From the NCBI GenBank assembly GCA_946965045.2, contig OX337231.1, positions 2,728,001 to 2,792,000 of the forward strand: 64,000 nucleotides of DNA, in the 5' to 3' direction. Made by a program: the position numbers and the translations under genes. Under the pieces are notes generated by a model, which was not told the origin of the DNA, did not search any database, and worked only from the letters and a program-made list of their open reading frames with translations. Below are positions 21,201-30,672 of the stretch, piece after piece (position 1 is the stretch's first letter; each line of letters begins with the position of its first letter). Source of the DNA: Epithemia pelagica. Taxonomy: Eukaryota; Protista; Bacillariophyta.

Positions 21201-23437
21201 GCCAACAAGGCACTGACAGAACCTGATCGAAGGATAATCCCTTTCTCTGGTGCAAATGCCAATGGAATCCGATCAACCGCCTCTTCATTCCAAATATGCA
21301 CCAACAACTGTTGCCATTGTTCCTCGTATTCTTGGCGTTCAAGTATGGTAGCGTCTCTGTCGTTTCCCTCTTCGTTCATGTTAGTGGGTGTTTGCGGTTC
21401 GGAAACACCCGTCCATTCTGGTTCTTGAGGTTTCTGTAGGGATTCATAGAAAGACTTCGGCGTGAACCCAACTCCTTTTCCCGGTGTTTGGACGTTGGCT
21501 GGCACCAATTGCATGATTGGACCTCGTTGCGCAGCCGAGCGGCTAGTTCGCCATTCGTGCATTGCCTTGATCACCTCAAGAGCGACATCGTTCATATTGC
21601 TACTGGTGACACCAACTCGATACTGTGGAATGCACTTTTGCAATGCCATGCGAATGCGAGAAGCAGATGGTGGCAAGACATGTCCCAACCCACGACATGC
21701 TTTGGGACGAAACAAGTAATGTGAATAGAGAACATCCAACTCATGAACTGACATGTTCGCCGAAAACGACGGGAAATACTCAATGCACCACAATTCTTGT
21801 CCCGCAACGTCGTCCAACGAACCGTATTGTATGTCCATTGTCGGCACAACTTTTAAAATATGTCCTCCTTCCTGACCAGATGAAGTCCCTTCGATCGCTT
21901 CGTAGCGAACTAGTGCTGTGGCATCATCTTTGGCTATCAGGGCCGTCAGTGAAGGAACATTGCCCATAAATGCGGCCCCCACGAGAGCCGATGGACCATC
22001 GGGAAGTCGCACTGCGTGGGACACCGAGACAAAGTTGTCGGGCAACGATCCGGACGCCGCCGACACAATGAGACGTGATCCTCCAAAAGGCGTGACATAC
22101 ATGTCATTCTCGTTTTCTGCGCCAGTCGGGACTCTTCCATTCTCTCCATCATTGCTATCGAAAAAGGATGCACCCGGCGAGCTGGCGGCATTCTGTTGAA
22201 ACATCATAGGCGACCGTGTCGTCTGAATAAAGAGAGCTGCACAGAACAAAGAGTCACTGGTCTCGTTGTCGTCGTCATCCCCCGAAAGAGGTACCCCGCC
22301 AGAATCATACGAATGGGCCACCAAACGAAGAGGTTCGTCGCTCCAGTCCTCTTCAGAGGGCAAATCCTCCAGTGGGATATCTTGAACGCTATCCGGTACC
22401 AGACAACTTCCTCCAGGGCAACGCCATTTACGCAGCATGCCACCAGAGTGAAAGGTGAAAACAGTCGTGTAGTCATTGTCTGCTGTGCAAAGGGAGAGGA
22501 TGGGGTTCATGTCAACCGGGTTTTGGGCATCTGGAAAAAGAGACTGAGCGCCGCTGCCACTACTTCCAATGAATATTCCTGTAAAAAGCGAAGAAATGGT
22601 GGACGACGACGACGAAGTGTTGGACGCCGTCCGTCCTTGTTGCAAGGACCATACGGCAACTTTATTTTCCAGTACATGAACGGCCATCAGAAACGGATTG
22701 GTGGCAAGCAAGATACGGTTCTTGTCTAGAAAGGTGACTCGTTCTTGAGTCAATTCGAACGTAGTCATGATGGAGCTACTCTCAGGCCACTGAGAGGCCA
22801 ACAATGACTGAACATTTATAATCCTAAGTGGTGTTCCGTGAGCTGGCTCCCATGTATCCACGTCAATCGAGATTACGGCGATGAGGCCATTGGAATCCAC
22901 CACGCACAAATCAACCTGATGGACCATTAAGCTCGCAAAGGCCTGTACGCTCACAATTGATCCAAATTGCGTGGACATGGACCAATCCAGTCGTAACAAC
23001 CTGGAACTTGATGACATTTCTTGATCATCATCGTCCAGTAAGAACGCGACATTGAGCATGCGAGGGGCATCTACCGATGCACTGGTAGTGATTGTGGCAC
23101 GTTTGTTGTGAGAAGTGATGATTGAACTAATACTTGCCATTCCTCGTAGGAAGAATTTGTCCACACCAAACTGATCAAAGTTTCCCCTTGAATCGACCGC
23201 ATTATTTGCTTCGGTATTGCGTGTTCCCGTCGAGGCGTTGTAGATGGTTGCATTCTCATCATCCACAACAAAGACGCCCGCGCAACAACTGTGGGCAGAA
23301 GAGGGCACTTCCAATGATGGGAAAAGCAGAGGAACTTCCTTGGGAGACTCGTTCCTCAGAGAGGCTGCACGTTCCAATACCTCATATTGCGGAGGAAGAT
23401 CCCTCCGTAAGTTGTTCTCTGGTGGTGAAGCCTCCAT
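18206..23437 (-). CDS. NUP160: Nucleoporin Nup160/Nup120-like
   Basis: 1743-aa ORF with a beta-rich N-half and helical C-half. Segments LFYKSLEANDWGKAL...DHLQRLVTAM, YQGALYALHLSRNELRKAAQAM and LPEWLV...PCALLNIY match Nup160 C-terminal patterns. Confidence 0.7.
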   Translation of the reverse strand: MEASPPENNLRRDLPPQYEVLERAASLRNESPKEVPLLFPSLEVPSSAHSCCAGVFVVDDENATIYNASTGTRNTEANNAVDSRGNFDQFGVDKFFLRGMASISSIITSHNKRATITTSASVDAPRMLNVAFLLDDDDQEMSSSSRLLRLDWSMSTQFGSIVSVQAFASLMVHQVDLCVVDSNGLIAVISIDVDTWEPAHGTPLRIINVQSLLASQWPESSSIMTTFELTQERVTFLDKNRILLATNPFLMAVHVLENKVAVWSLQQGRTASNTSSSSSTISSLFTGIFIGSSGSGAQSLFPDAQNPVDMNPILSLCTADNDYTTVFTFHSGGMLRKWRCPGGSCLVPDSVQDIPLEDLPSEEDWSDEPLRLVAHSYDSGGVPLSGDDDDNETSDSLFCAALFIQTTRSPMMFQQNAASSPGASFFDSNDGENGRVPTGAENENDMYVTPFGGSRLIVSAASGSLPDNFVSVSHAVRLPDGPSALVGAAFMGNVPSLTALIAKDDATALVRYEAIEGTSSGQEGGHILKVVPTMDIQYGSLDDVAGQELWCIEYFPSFSANMSVHELDVLYSHYLFRPKACRGLGHVLPPSASRIRMALQKCIPQYRVGVTSSNMNDVALEVIKAMHEWRTSRSAAQRGPIMQLVPANVQTPGKGVGFTPKSFYESLQKPQEPEWTGVSEPQTPTNMNEEGNDRDATILERQEYEEQWQQLLVHIWNEEAVDRIPLAFAPEKGIILRSGSVSALLANPVKPSLSGNLLDRVAAHILEKIATQGDLASQLYAQEQRIMLAFSNCTMDMTPTAAAVASELSLLTEGIRDAVMSQNEIDHLQRSLNSSSVEDWVFNVQQVNWGSLGASMSQQDKEEIEMEPSSSRFMSVQERLTAASLCARRLDEVKQLFLGRYLVLCGLYAPVAIRESAWLGYLRTGSLLVASCHHVPCLSQPRGVATTDTEQDGLPPKKRPSFDSMQSESILLSAGMGNVTTMLDCFLANVNQGFVQDNENEFTNLPAYSRVLYQRVETALFRLFDSVSPTGVEQDPLSQELSFMLPSVSKGAHMEQPKLVLTLLSPFLLASLSNQETSTRREVLETTAECLLVLASNYPEVTASIMEDRAYDILCFDAHNLEDSYRRMNKLRQHVVARSRLVTSIGEAIPSLQEQYSMEFLSGSTEYKKLLSLLFYKSLEANDWGKALIACKYNPNRLQRRDHLQRLVTAMVDSGALCRLVSMCSLYGEDTEEVDNARGMDLYSVAVDILGKAGHRDWYTHLASGSDSISDYQGALYALHLSRNELRKAAQAMELRYVNATSALALDSTKLLSSSNGLPMDSATVFKRTRLILDDLVLAAAGAHESLCLVEDPESQFIISGEYEKLSLVPFTVSNADEASGIIKRPRDGVDNQDEERSEEEKEATGENLYEYRLDRYNDCQDLRTRLIVATGVRRLWIDDVFDQKLVQLLLSERDENGTGIQLLIMELLKAGHYDQGLILTLQMKESLPGSDLFLTALSCFLCDHLVPLTLGVRGGSTPSLSQILAAYDAVGESSKPPVLLGPSPRRDEDPQAASIRVASIALLESATKTYTTAETPFAARVADCLVVDHRVAALPEWLVSLLKYGSFPCHWTPGLFARRPQKGFVGYLGDPCALLNIYMMAGMYHFAFELVSSVLDSAEAAPNSPAMRLPEKGDMDFVPYETIDLLYNLVDAAIENGDISDNEFREVVLSARDRMVQSLQDHFDRMEMSEEGIKSARILASS

Positions 23438-24240
23438 GGTCGAAGCGGTCGGTCCACGTTCAAAACCTTAGGACTAAAGACATGCCGAAAGATTTCAACA
23501 ACGGACAGGGAAGGACAATGTGGAAACTGTCAGTAAGTTAATGAAGCAAGATGTCAGTGGTCAGTTACCCTTGGTTCGTCCACGGAAGTCGTCCGAGCGT
23601 GCCGGGCTCTCAAGTGGGCCGGCTGCGCTCCTCCACACGCCTCTTCTGCGAGAGAGAGAAAAAAAAGGCAACGAGAACCTCACGCGCTTTGTCTCATTGT
23701 CCCCTTCAAACGAATGAAATCAAGTTTCCCATCCAGAAGGACGACGCTGCAAGGAAGCATCGTAGCGGCGCCTTGAAGCCTATTCCCAACTCCCCCCCCG
23801 TCGAGAATCATACCTACAAACTGAGTTGTCGTGTTGTTGACTCGACATTGTGGCATTCCTTCAACGATATTTACAAGGTCATCATCTGATTGCTATTTTT
23901 GACGAGTCGGGGAGCTTGGTCTACTCCGACACGAGAAAGCAATTGGATAGAATATTCGATCCTTGGAGTAGAGAGATTGAGAGCTGATTTCCATTTCTGT
24001 GAGGTACTTGGCACTTGGCAGTCGACGTGTGTCTTTCTCATTCAAGAAGTTGATCGTATCCATTCTGTTGCTGTCAAACAAACGAATACTTCCTCTGAAC
24101 GGCATTGCTCCCGTACTTACCACTGTGACCGAGACAGCTCTTCAGCTTCGTCAATTTTGATATTTAGGGAAGAGTCCCAACGAGTAGCCGCAGTACAGGA
24201 ATTGAAGTCGAACTTTTGCTGACAAGTTAACTTTTTCACA

Positions 24241-25991
24241 ATGGGCAACGTTGTATCCGAGGAGGAAGAGAATACCTTCTTGGAGGAAGGCTTCAATTTG
24301 GAAAGTCCGGGTGCTGATAAGGTTATCAATTACGGAGCCTCCGCGCCTCGATGCCAACCAAAGCATACGGAAGTTGAGCTGTCAGATCCATCACCGAATG
24401 ATGTCGGCCAAGAAGTGATACTGCCACCTGAACTGGCTGGTGATGGTACATCTGGCCAAAAGCACAATTTGGAACGCAAGAATTCCGCAACGGCAGACGG
24501 CGCGTACAGGGGAAAGCGACAACATACAAATGGCACCGAAGCCGCTCCGAATCAGCAACAGCAGCAACCACAACCGCAGCAGCAACAGAAACTATCCTAT
24601 ATTCAAATGGCCCGTCTGGGATACCAGGAACTTGTGAACGCTATCATTCGGCCTCCTCGAGCCGATTACAAGGTACGTGGGTTGCTGCAGCAGAAGGTTT
24701 AGTTTTACAGATGGGGAGTTTGCTTACACAATATTTTCCTCAGATGGAAGCTCTGGGTCCTCCTGCCTTCAACTTTTGTCGGAAAAGGTTCACAAGAACT
24801 GATTTTACTTTGCGGACGAAAAGGGGCTTCAATCTGGAATGCTCCCACTGGGAACCGGTTGAACGAGCGATGGATCGAATTCCTGTGGTTATTTATATGC
24901 ACGGAAATTCCTCTGCTCGTGTTGAAGTCATCCCACAGCTTTCCTACTTGCTGTCTCTCGGGGTTGCTGTGTTCGCGTTCGACTTTGCTGGTTCTGGAAA
25001 ATCAGATGGAGAATATGTTTCGTTGGGATATTTCGAACGGGAAGATTTGTCTTGTATCGTGGCACATTTACGGGCCACCAATGTAGTCTCCACAATTGCA
25101 CTTTGGGGGCGTTCCATGGGTGCTGCTACAGCCCTCATGTTTGGCGACCGTGACCCTTCCATTGCCTGTATGATTCTTGACAGTCCCTTTGCGGACCTAA
25201 CATTGCTGTGCGAAGAAATGGTTGAAAAGGCTCGCGACCAGGGAATTGTTGTACCAAATCTTATTGTTTCTGTTGCCATCCGCATGCTGCAAGGCTCAGT
25301 GAAGAAGCAAGCCGGCTTTAATATCAAACAAATCTCTCCCATAAGCCACGCGGACAAGTGCTTTATTCCGGCTCTTTTTGTTGCCGGCGAACACGACGAC
25401 TTCATTAAGAAACACCACTCAGAAGATATATATGAGAAATATGCCGGGGACAAGAATTTGATTGTTGTCGAAGGTGACCACAATTCTCCTCGCCCTAAAT
25501 TCATGTTCGATTCCGCTAGTATCTTCCTACAAACTTGCTTACAGATCCCGAATGAATGGTCCTTGCAAGTCCCTGTCAGCATGAATCTCATGTGCCCACC
25601 ATGGTTTTTTGAACTCTACCAGCAACGGCACCAGCCGAGACGAAATGTGGTGCCGAGGCGCAAACCAGATGATGAGAAAAAAGCATTCGCGGATGGATCA
25701 GGCGACAATGGCTACAACCACGAAGAAATGGGAATGACAGCGGAACGACAGCGCGTAATCCAGGCTAGTTTGTTCAAGATGCTGGGACAAGCAGATGGTG
25801 CGGAAGGCGAAGGCTACGACGAAGGATCGGACAATAGAAAGGAAAGCCAGGCCACTGATTCATCGCAGAAGAATGACACAAAGGAAGGAGTCGCCGCCAT
25901 GGACGAAGCTTCAATTGAAGTTGGGATTCCAGTTGTCATGAACAACCAAAGTTCGGGTGCACAACCAACATCCAGCGGAAGCAGCTCATAG
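24241..25991 (+). CDS. Alpha/beta-hydrolase (S9/YqkD-like serine hydrolase), possibly N-myristoylated
   Basis: LVNAIIRPPRADY, intron 24673-24743, YMHGNSS, FDFAGSGKSDGEYVSLG, nucleophile WGRSMG, GEHDDF and GDHN. Starts with MGN. Confidence 0.85.
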
Positions 25992-26249
25992 TCATCCATA
26001 TTACCTCAACAACTCAAGTCATTATTGTTCTCATAGCCGAACGACGGTGTATATACTCTTTTTCCTACCAAGGTGGTGATTGTAAGTTGGTACTTTCGTA
26101 GGAGTAGTAGGAGTACTTCTATGAGTTCAAATTTCCAATAGCTCGTGATTTGGAGAAGTGTATATATAGCTAACCCGGATGTACATGACCATCCTCCATC
26201 CACCACCCACCACCAACCATTTGAACTTTCTTCCTCTACAACCTACACG

Positions 26250-26615
26250 ATGGGCACCGGAAAAACCGCAGCCAAGCATGGCGCTAGAAGCAAAAACAAG
26301 AAGTACAAACGAAAGGTTTGGCTGTGTAATAGACAGAAGGATGTGGACCAGATACAGGACGAAATAGCAAAAGGAGACGCGCACAAATTCGAGTTTGACG
26401 ACGAACTTCCTGGTGGCGGTCAGTTTTACTGCGCCGAAACAGGAAAACATTTCATCGATGCAAAATCCCTTGCTGATCACAAGAAATCAAAGTTCTACAA
26501 GAAAAGAGTTAAGGAGCTGAAGGAGGAGAAGTATTCGCAAGATGTTGCTGACTGGGCGAGTGGTATGAGCAAGGAGAAGCTCCCACCAGCACACCCGACA
26601 AATACAGAGTCATGA
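26250..26615 (+). CDS. BUD20: Zinc-finger ribosome biogenesis factor Bud20/ZNF593
   Basis: DVDQIQDE...LPGGGQFYCAETGKHF...HKKSKFYKKRVKELKEEKYSQ; ATG taken at 26250. Confidence 0.85.
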   Translation: MGTGKTAAKHGARSKNKKYKRKVWLCNRQKDVDQIQDEIAKGDAHKFEFDDELPGGGQFYCAETGKHFIDAKSLADHKKSKFYKKRVKELKEEKYSQDVADWASGMSKEKLPPAHPTNTES

Positions 26616-26910
26616 TACATCACATTTGGTGTTTGGAGGATACTTTAGGGGTACAAGAAATTCAGCTTGGGTTGAGAAGATGAACGACTGGAATCCATTT
26701 ACCGAATCACCATCTGTACATCGTCGATGTACCGCTTTACATGCTGACAACGAGCTGCTTTGCTACGTAAGAAAACAGCAACAACTACAAAAGTTATCGC
26801 AATCAGAGCCTAATCCTTTTGTTATTCTGGATAATGGATGTCAGTTGGAGTCCTGATAATGTAAGATGATACAATATGAAGGTATGCCTTCTTCTTCTTC
26901 TGTTGCTGCA

Positions 26911-27570
26911 CTAGGACCGCAAGTTTGCGAGGCGACGACCTCCATCATACGTACAACCTTCTTGAGTAACGTTGAAAAGAACCGAAAGGTCGAAGCCCAT
27001 ACCACTGGCAATGCTACGAGCTTTGTTGATGGTTGTCTCGTTACGTGTTTGAGACCTCCCAAAAATCCACAGACCACCTGTGTAGCCTCGGTTGTCCGTG
27101 CGGCATGTATTGTTGCCAACTTCGATGGTCGGCTGTCCTCCACTGACAATTGCATAGCCATGTTCTCCTTCTTCATAGGCCACAACCCAGTAAGCACCAC
27201 TAAATAACTTGGGAAGGAAACAAGGTGCGACGGCAAGCTTGGCGGGATCACTTTCTTTGTCTGTTTGATAAGCACACAAGCCACCTCCTTTCTCTTGGCC
27301 GGACTCGTCCTGGGCTTCGTTGTTGACCCTTACCGTGTATCCCCACAAAGTCCTGTGGAACCAACCTCCCACCTTACTGTAATGTGCACGGACACAAAAG
27401 AAATCTTCACGCGGGAGATAACTCACAACGGCTTGTTGATGGACATACCAAGGTTTGTGAATGTACATGTCCAGATCGAAGTCGGGCTTGACGACGACTG
27501 TTGGGCAAGTCGCTGCCACAAAGATGCCAACGACGGCAAGGACCACAACAAGAAAAAGAGGAATCTTCAT
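26911..27570 (-). CDS. Secreted lipocalin-family protein
   Basis: Signal peptide, FDLDMYIHKPWYVHQQ (lipocalin SCR1-like), APCFLPKLFSGAYWVVAY and GLWIFGR. Confidence 0.75.
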   Translation of the reverse strand: MKIPLFLVVVLAVVGIFVAATCPTVVVKPDFDLDMYIHKPWYVHQQAVVSYLPREDFFCVRAHYSKVGGWFHRTLWGYTVRVNNEAQDESGQEKGGGLCAYQTDKESDPAKLAVAPCFLPKLFSGAYWVVAYEEGEHGYAIVSGGQPTIEVGNNTCRTDNRGYTGGLWIFGRSQTRNETTINKARSIASGMGFDLSVLFNVTQEGCTYDGGRRLANLRS

Positions 27571-28226
27571 CACTCAATCGAAGGAGATCTCAGTAAAAAA
27601 TGATAGAAATCTTTTAGCTTTTCGAATATCGAAAGTGTCCATCCCTATCATCCAGGACTTCACCTTTCCTGGACTCCGTGAAGACAGCGACATAACAATT
27701 TCTCTCTTTTTGTTCTCGGATGTTCATCATCCGGGATACGGGATAAGTCCGCCGTGGTGAGTGATTAGCGTTGAGCGTTGAGTTGGCAGGTTTGTTGAAT
27801 ACGTGCGAAATCCAGAAAATCTCTCTGTAGCTCTGAGCTCTGGCATCGGCAGTGGGTAGCCTGCTACTTGGGCTGGTGGGTTCCTGCTCGACGTTTCGGT
27901 GAGTCATTGATTAAAGTTCTGTAGAGTTGGCTCTTTTCCGGGATCCGGGACAGTTGAGAGACGGCGCAAATAAAAAGTGAGGGGTGAGATGATGATCGTC
28001 TCAATCGTCATTGCTCCCTACAATCCACACTAGTGTGAGATTATAATAGTGTAAGGACTTTGTTCCGAATAGATCCCTCCGATTGCGGGGGTACCTCCCG
28101 TCTGCTGTCCATACGGTTATTCCCAAATTTTCCTAAAAATGTAAAAATATTTCTGTCAAATTTCTTTTGGTTTAGCACATTATTATAACGTCCAAGCCAA
28201 CTGTAATTGGCTTCGCCCTATTGTGA

Positions 28227-28400
28227 TGAATAAATCCCGCCAACAGGTCGCATATTGGCGGATACATGGTCGCATATTGGCGAATATGCATCGCCTACAT
28301 ATGCTGCTACGCATCTAGTTTTCTAGTCATAATTTTGGTCTAGCCACTTGTTGCACACCGTATACACCGTGTTGTAGCGTGTAGTGGCAAGATTTATACA
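28227..28400 (+). repeat. 5' LTR (174 bp)
   Basis: TGAATAAATCCC...GATTTATACA; contains GGTCGCATATTGGCG twice, at 28246 and 28268. Confidence 0.97.
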
Positions 28401-28415
28401 GTTTATCAGACCCAA
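28401..28415 (+). other. Primer-binding site, non-CCA (half-tRNA type)
   Basis: GTTTATCAGACCCA directly follows the LTR. Its reverse complement TGGGT-CTGATAA-AC reads as a tRNA anticodon arm. Confidence 0.55.
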
Positions 28416-28423
28416 ACGCTGCA

Positions 28424-28487
28424 GCCGCAGTAGTTTAGTTGGTTTATGTACGCTGTTGACATGGAAGGTCTGGGGTTCGAATCCCCA
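28424..28487 (+). promoter_or_regulatory. tRNA-derived segment with Pol III A-box and B-box in the retrotransposon leader
   Basis: A-box-like TAGTTTAGTTGG (28431-28442), anticodon-loop-like TTGACAT (28456-28462) and a perfect T-arm TGGGG-TTCGAAT-CCCCA (28471-28487), at near-tRNA spacing. The acceptor, D and anticodon stems do not pair. Confidence 0.6.
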
Positions 28488-29118
28488 TGATTTATCGGAC
28501 GACCGGCCGTTGGACCCTGTAACGGGACCCACCTCTCCGATGGTAGATCAAAATGACCAGATAGTGCATCGGCGTCCGACTGTCCCCTAACCATATTCCA
28601 ATTCTAACCAGGTCTATGCTGCCTCGGATATGCTAAATGCTAAGGCGCTCTATGTGCACCATGTGAGAACTCTGTTGAGTTTCGCTCTTTGCCTTTTGCC
28701 CGTACTGGTAGCGGCTGATCACCGCTTGGGAGTGTTCGCGCTAAGCTACTCGTCACGGTATGCTTGCGGCACTACTTATAGTTCACACTCGTGATGTGTG
28801 ACCCATGGCACTCTCCCACGTGACGGGGAGCACTCGCTTAAGTGAGTGATTGTTTTGGTAATCTTTTCTCCATACATGAAAATATAGATACCTCCTTTTG
28901 CACTGTGCCGACGCACACGTCCTAAGTATTTGTTCTCTGCCGACTGCAGCGCAAACGCAAGTCGACACTACTTGTGCACCTTAATTCCAGGTAGAATCGC
29001 GAAATCTGCGATCTGCATCACCTTTTGGCAATGCCTCCACACTTCTGTGTTTTTTGCCTGTGTTTTGCTCTGAACCTCTCCTGCTTCTGGCTCTCTTGCT
29101 TTCCTTTTGCCTTCCACC

Positions 29119-30672
29119 ATGTCTTCATCCACTGCCCCTGAAAATCCCAAGGAAGATTTCAAGGCTGCCGTTAAACGCTGTGGATACAATGATGCCACCG
29201 TTACCTACATCATTGAGCAGGGTTTTGATGATGCTCAATCGTTCATGACTGTTGCAGTCCATCAAGTGCCGTCGATGTTGAAGATGATGGCAAAGACCCC
29301 TCCAGAGAACGGGGCCTTTCCCTTCAGTGCTAACCTGCAGCTCCACGGCTTCGGAATGTGGCTCGAATACCGTTCGTCTCGTGGTCAGGCTCTTAAAGTC
29401 TCACTTTTCTCTGATCCGCCCCTGATCAAGAAATGGACCAAACGTACCCAGGAACTGTTTGCACTCAACAAGGAAGTTGCCTCCGATGAACTGACCCCAC
29501 CGAAAGAGTTGACTTCGTTTACTCAGTGGGAGGTGTTTAACGATGCCTTGCTCACGTTCCTCGCACAGCATCGCAATCCCACAACGGGTGTCCCTCTGAC
29601 ATACATCCTTCGTGAAACTAAGCCTGTCGGTTCTGAAGCAAGGAATGCTGCCTACGATACTATCGATGACGATTTGATTGCTACTACTATCCTGCAAGGT
29701 GATCAGTATGCCCTTGACAATCAACGCGTCTTCACACTGATGAAACCTTTTCTTGTTGGCGGACCTGGCCTGACGTTCATCAAGCCACACCAAAAGAAGA
29801 AGGACGGCCGTGAGGCGTATCTTGCGTTGACTCGCCAAGCTACTGGAACAGCAGCTGTCACCATCCGCAAGAAAGAAGCATACGCTGCTATTGCCGACGC
29901 GAAGTTTACAGGCCGCGGTCGTTTCTCGTATCAACAATATGTTCACCGCCATCAGAAAGCTCATAATACGTTGGCTGAACTTGATGAACCCGTTGCCGAA
30001 ACCAAAAAGGTAACCGATTTCCTCAAAGGTATATCGGATCCCTCTTTGGCGGCGGGAAAGACGGTCGTCAACGGTGACGCAGCAAAGCTTTCTGATTTTG
30101 AAGCATGCCAGCAGTATTTTGGCACGTTGATTGCTGCATCCCGTACCGACAAGACCAATGACGAGAATCGAAAGATTGCTGGTGTGGGTACGACTAAGAC
30201 TAGTGGAAAGAAGAATGGTCGTAACAAGCAGAATAAAAAGAAGACACGTCATTACAGTTTGGATGAATGGCGCAAGCTCTCTGATGAAGAGAAGGCCGAA
30301 ATCCTCCGTGCCCGTAAAGAACAGAAAGACAAAGAACAGAACGACGCTAATGGAAAGCGCAAGGCCGGAGCCGTGCGAACTGAAGATGAAAATGGCTCTC
30401 GCAAGTTGAGTAAAACTGAAACTCCAAAGTCTGATGACATGAAATTGGAGACCACTGACCTGGATGGCGACGACGCGCCGAACCATTCCGAGCCTGATCC
30501 TCCTGTTGCTGATGAACCGACTGTTCCCAAAACCTCAGCCGGAAACAGTTTCGGACGCTTTGCCCATAGTAAAAAAGGATCTACAAAGCCGCACAACCCT
30601 GATGAAACCAAGGAGCCTACAACTGCCGTTGCGAAAGCTGCCCTTGCTGATAAGGCCACAAAGCAGACCTGA
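29119..30672 (+). CDS. gag: Copia Gag
   Basis: ORF after a 718-nt leader. GVPLTYILRE, DGREAYLAL, YVHRHQKAHNTL and KVTDFLKGISDP are typical of diatom copia Gag; ends at TGA 30670-30672. Confidence 0.9.
   Translation: MSSSTAPENPKEDFKAAVKRCGYNDATVTYIIEQGFDDAQSFMTVAVHQVPSMLKMMAKTPPENGAFPFSANLQLHGFGMWLEYRSSRGQALKVSLFSDPPLIKKWTKRTQELFALNKEVASDELTPPKELTSFTQWEVFNDALLTFLAQHRNPTTGVPLTYILRETKPVGSEARNAAYDTIDDDLIATTILQGDQYALDNQRVFTLMKPFLVGGPGLTFIKPHQKKKDGREAYLALTRQATGTAAVTIRKKEAYAAIADAKFTGRGRFSYQQYVHRHQKAHNTLAELDEPVAETKKVTDFLKGISDPSLAAGKTVVNGDAAKLSDFEACQQYFGTLIAASRTDKTNDENRKIAGVGTTKTSGKKNGRNKQNKKKTRHYSLDEWRKLSDEEKAEILRARKEQKDKEQNDANGKRKAGAVRTEDENGSRKLSKTETPKSDDMKLETTDLDGDDAPNHSEPDPPVADEPTVPKTSAGNSFGRFAHSKKGSTKPHNPDETKEPTTAVAKAALADKATKQT

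Noticed and set aside
28424-28495. Functional tRNA-Val(GAC) gene
   Set aside because: The acceptor stem (GCCGCAG versus TGATTTA), D stem and anticodon stem do not pair; kept only as a tRNA-derived element. The anticodon is not TCA, so it is not a UGA suppressor.
29401-30486. 361-aa antisense ORF, and similar shadow ORFs at 36896-37594 and 53322-54149
   Set aside because: They lie exactly opposite well-supported genes and have no motifs; they are explained by codon bias.
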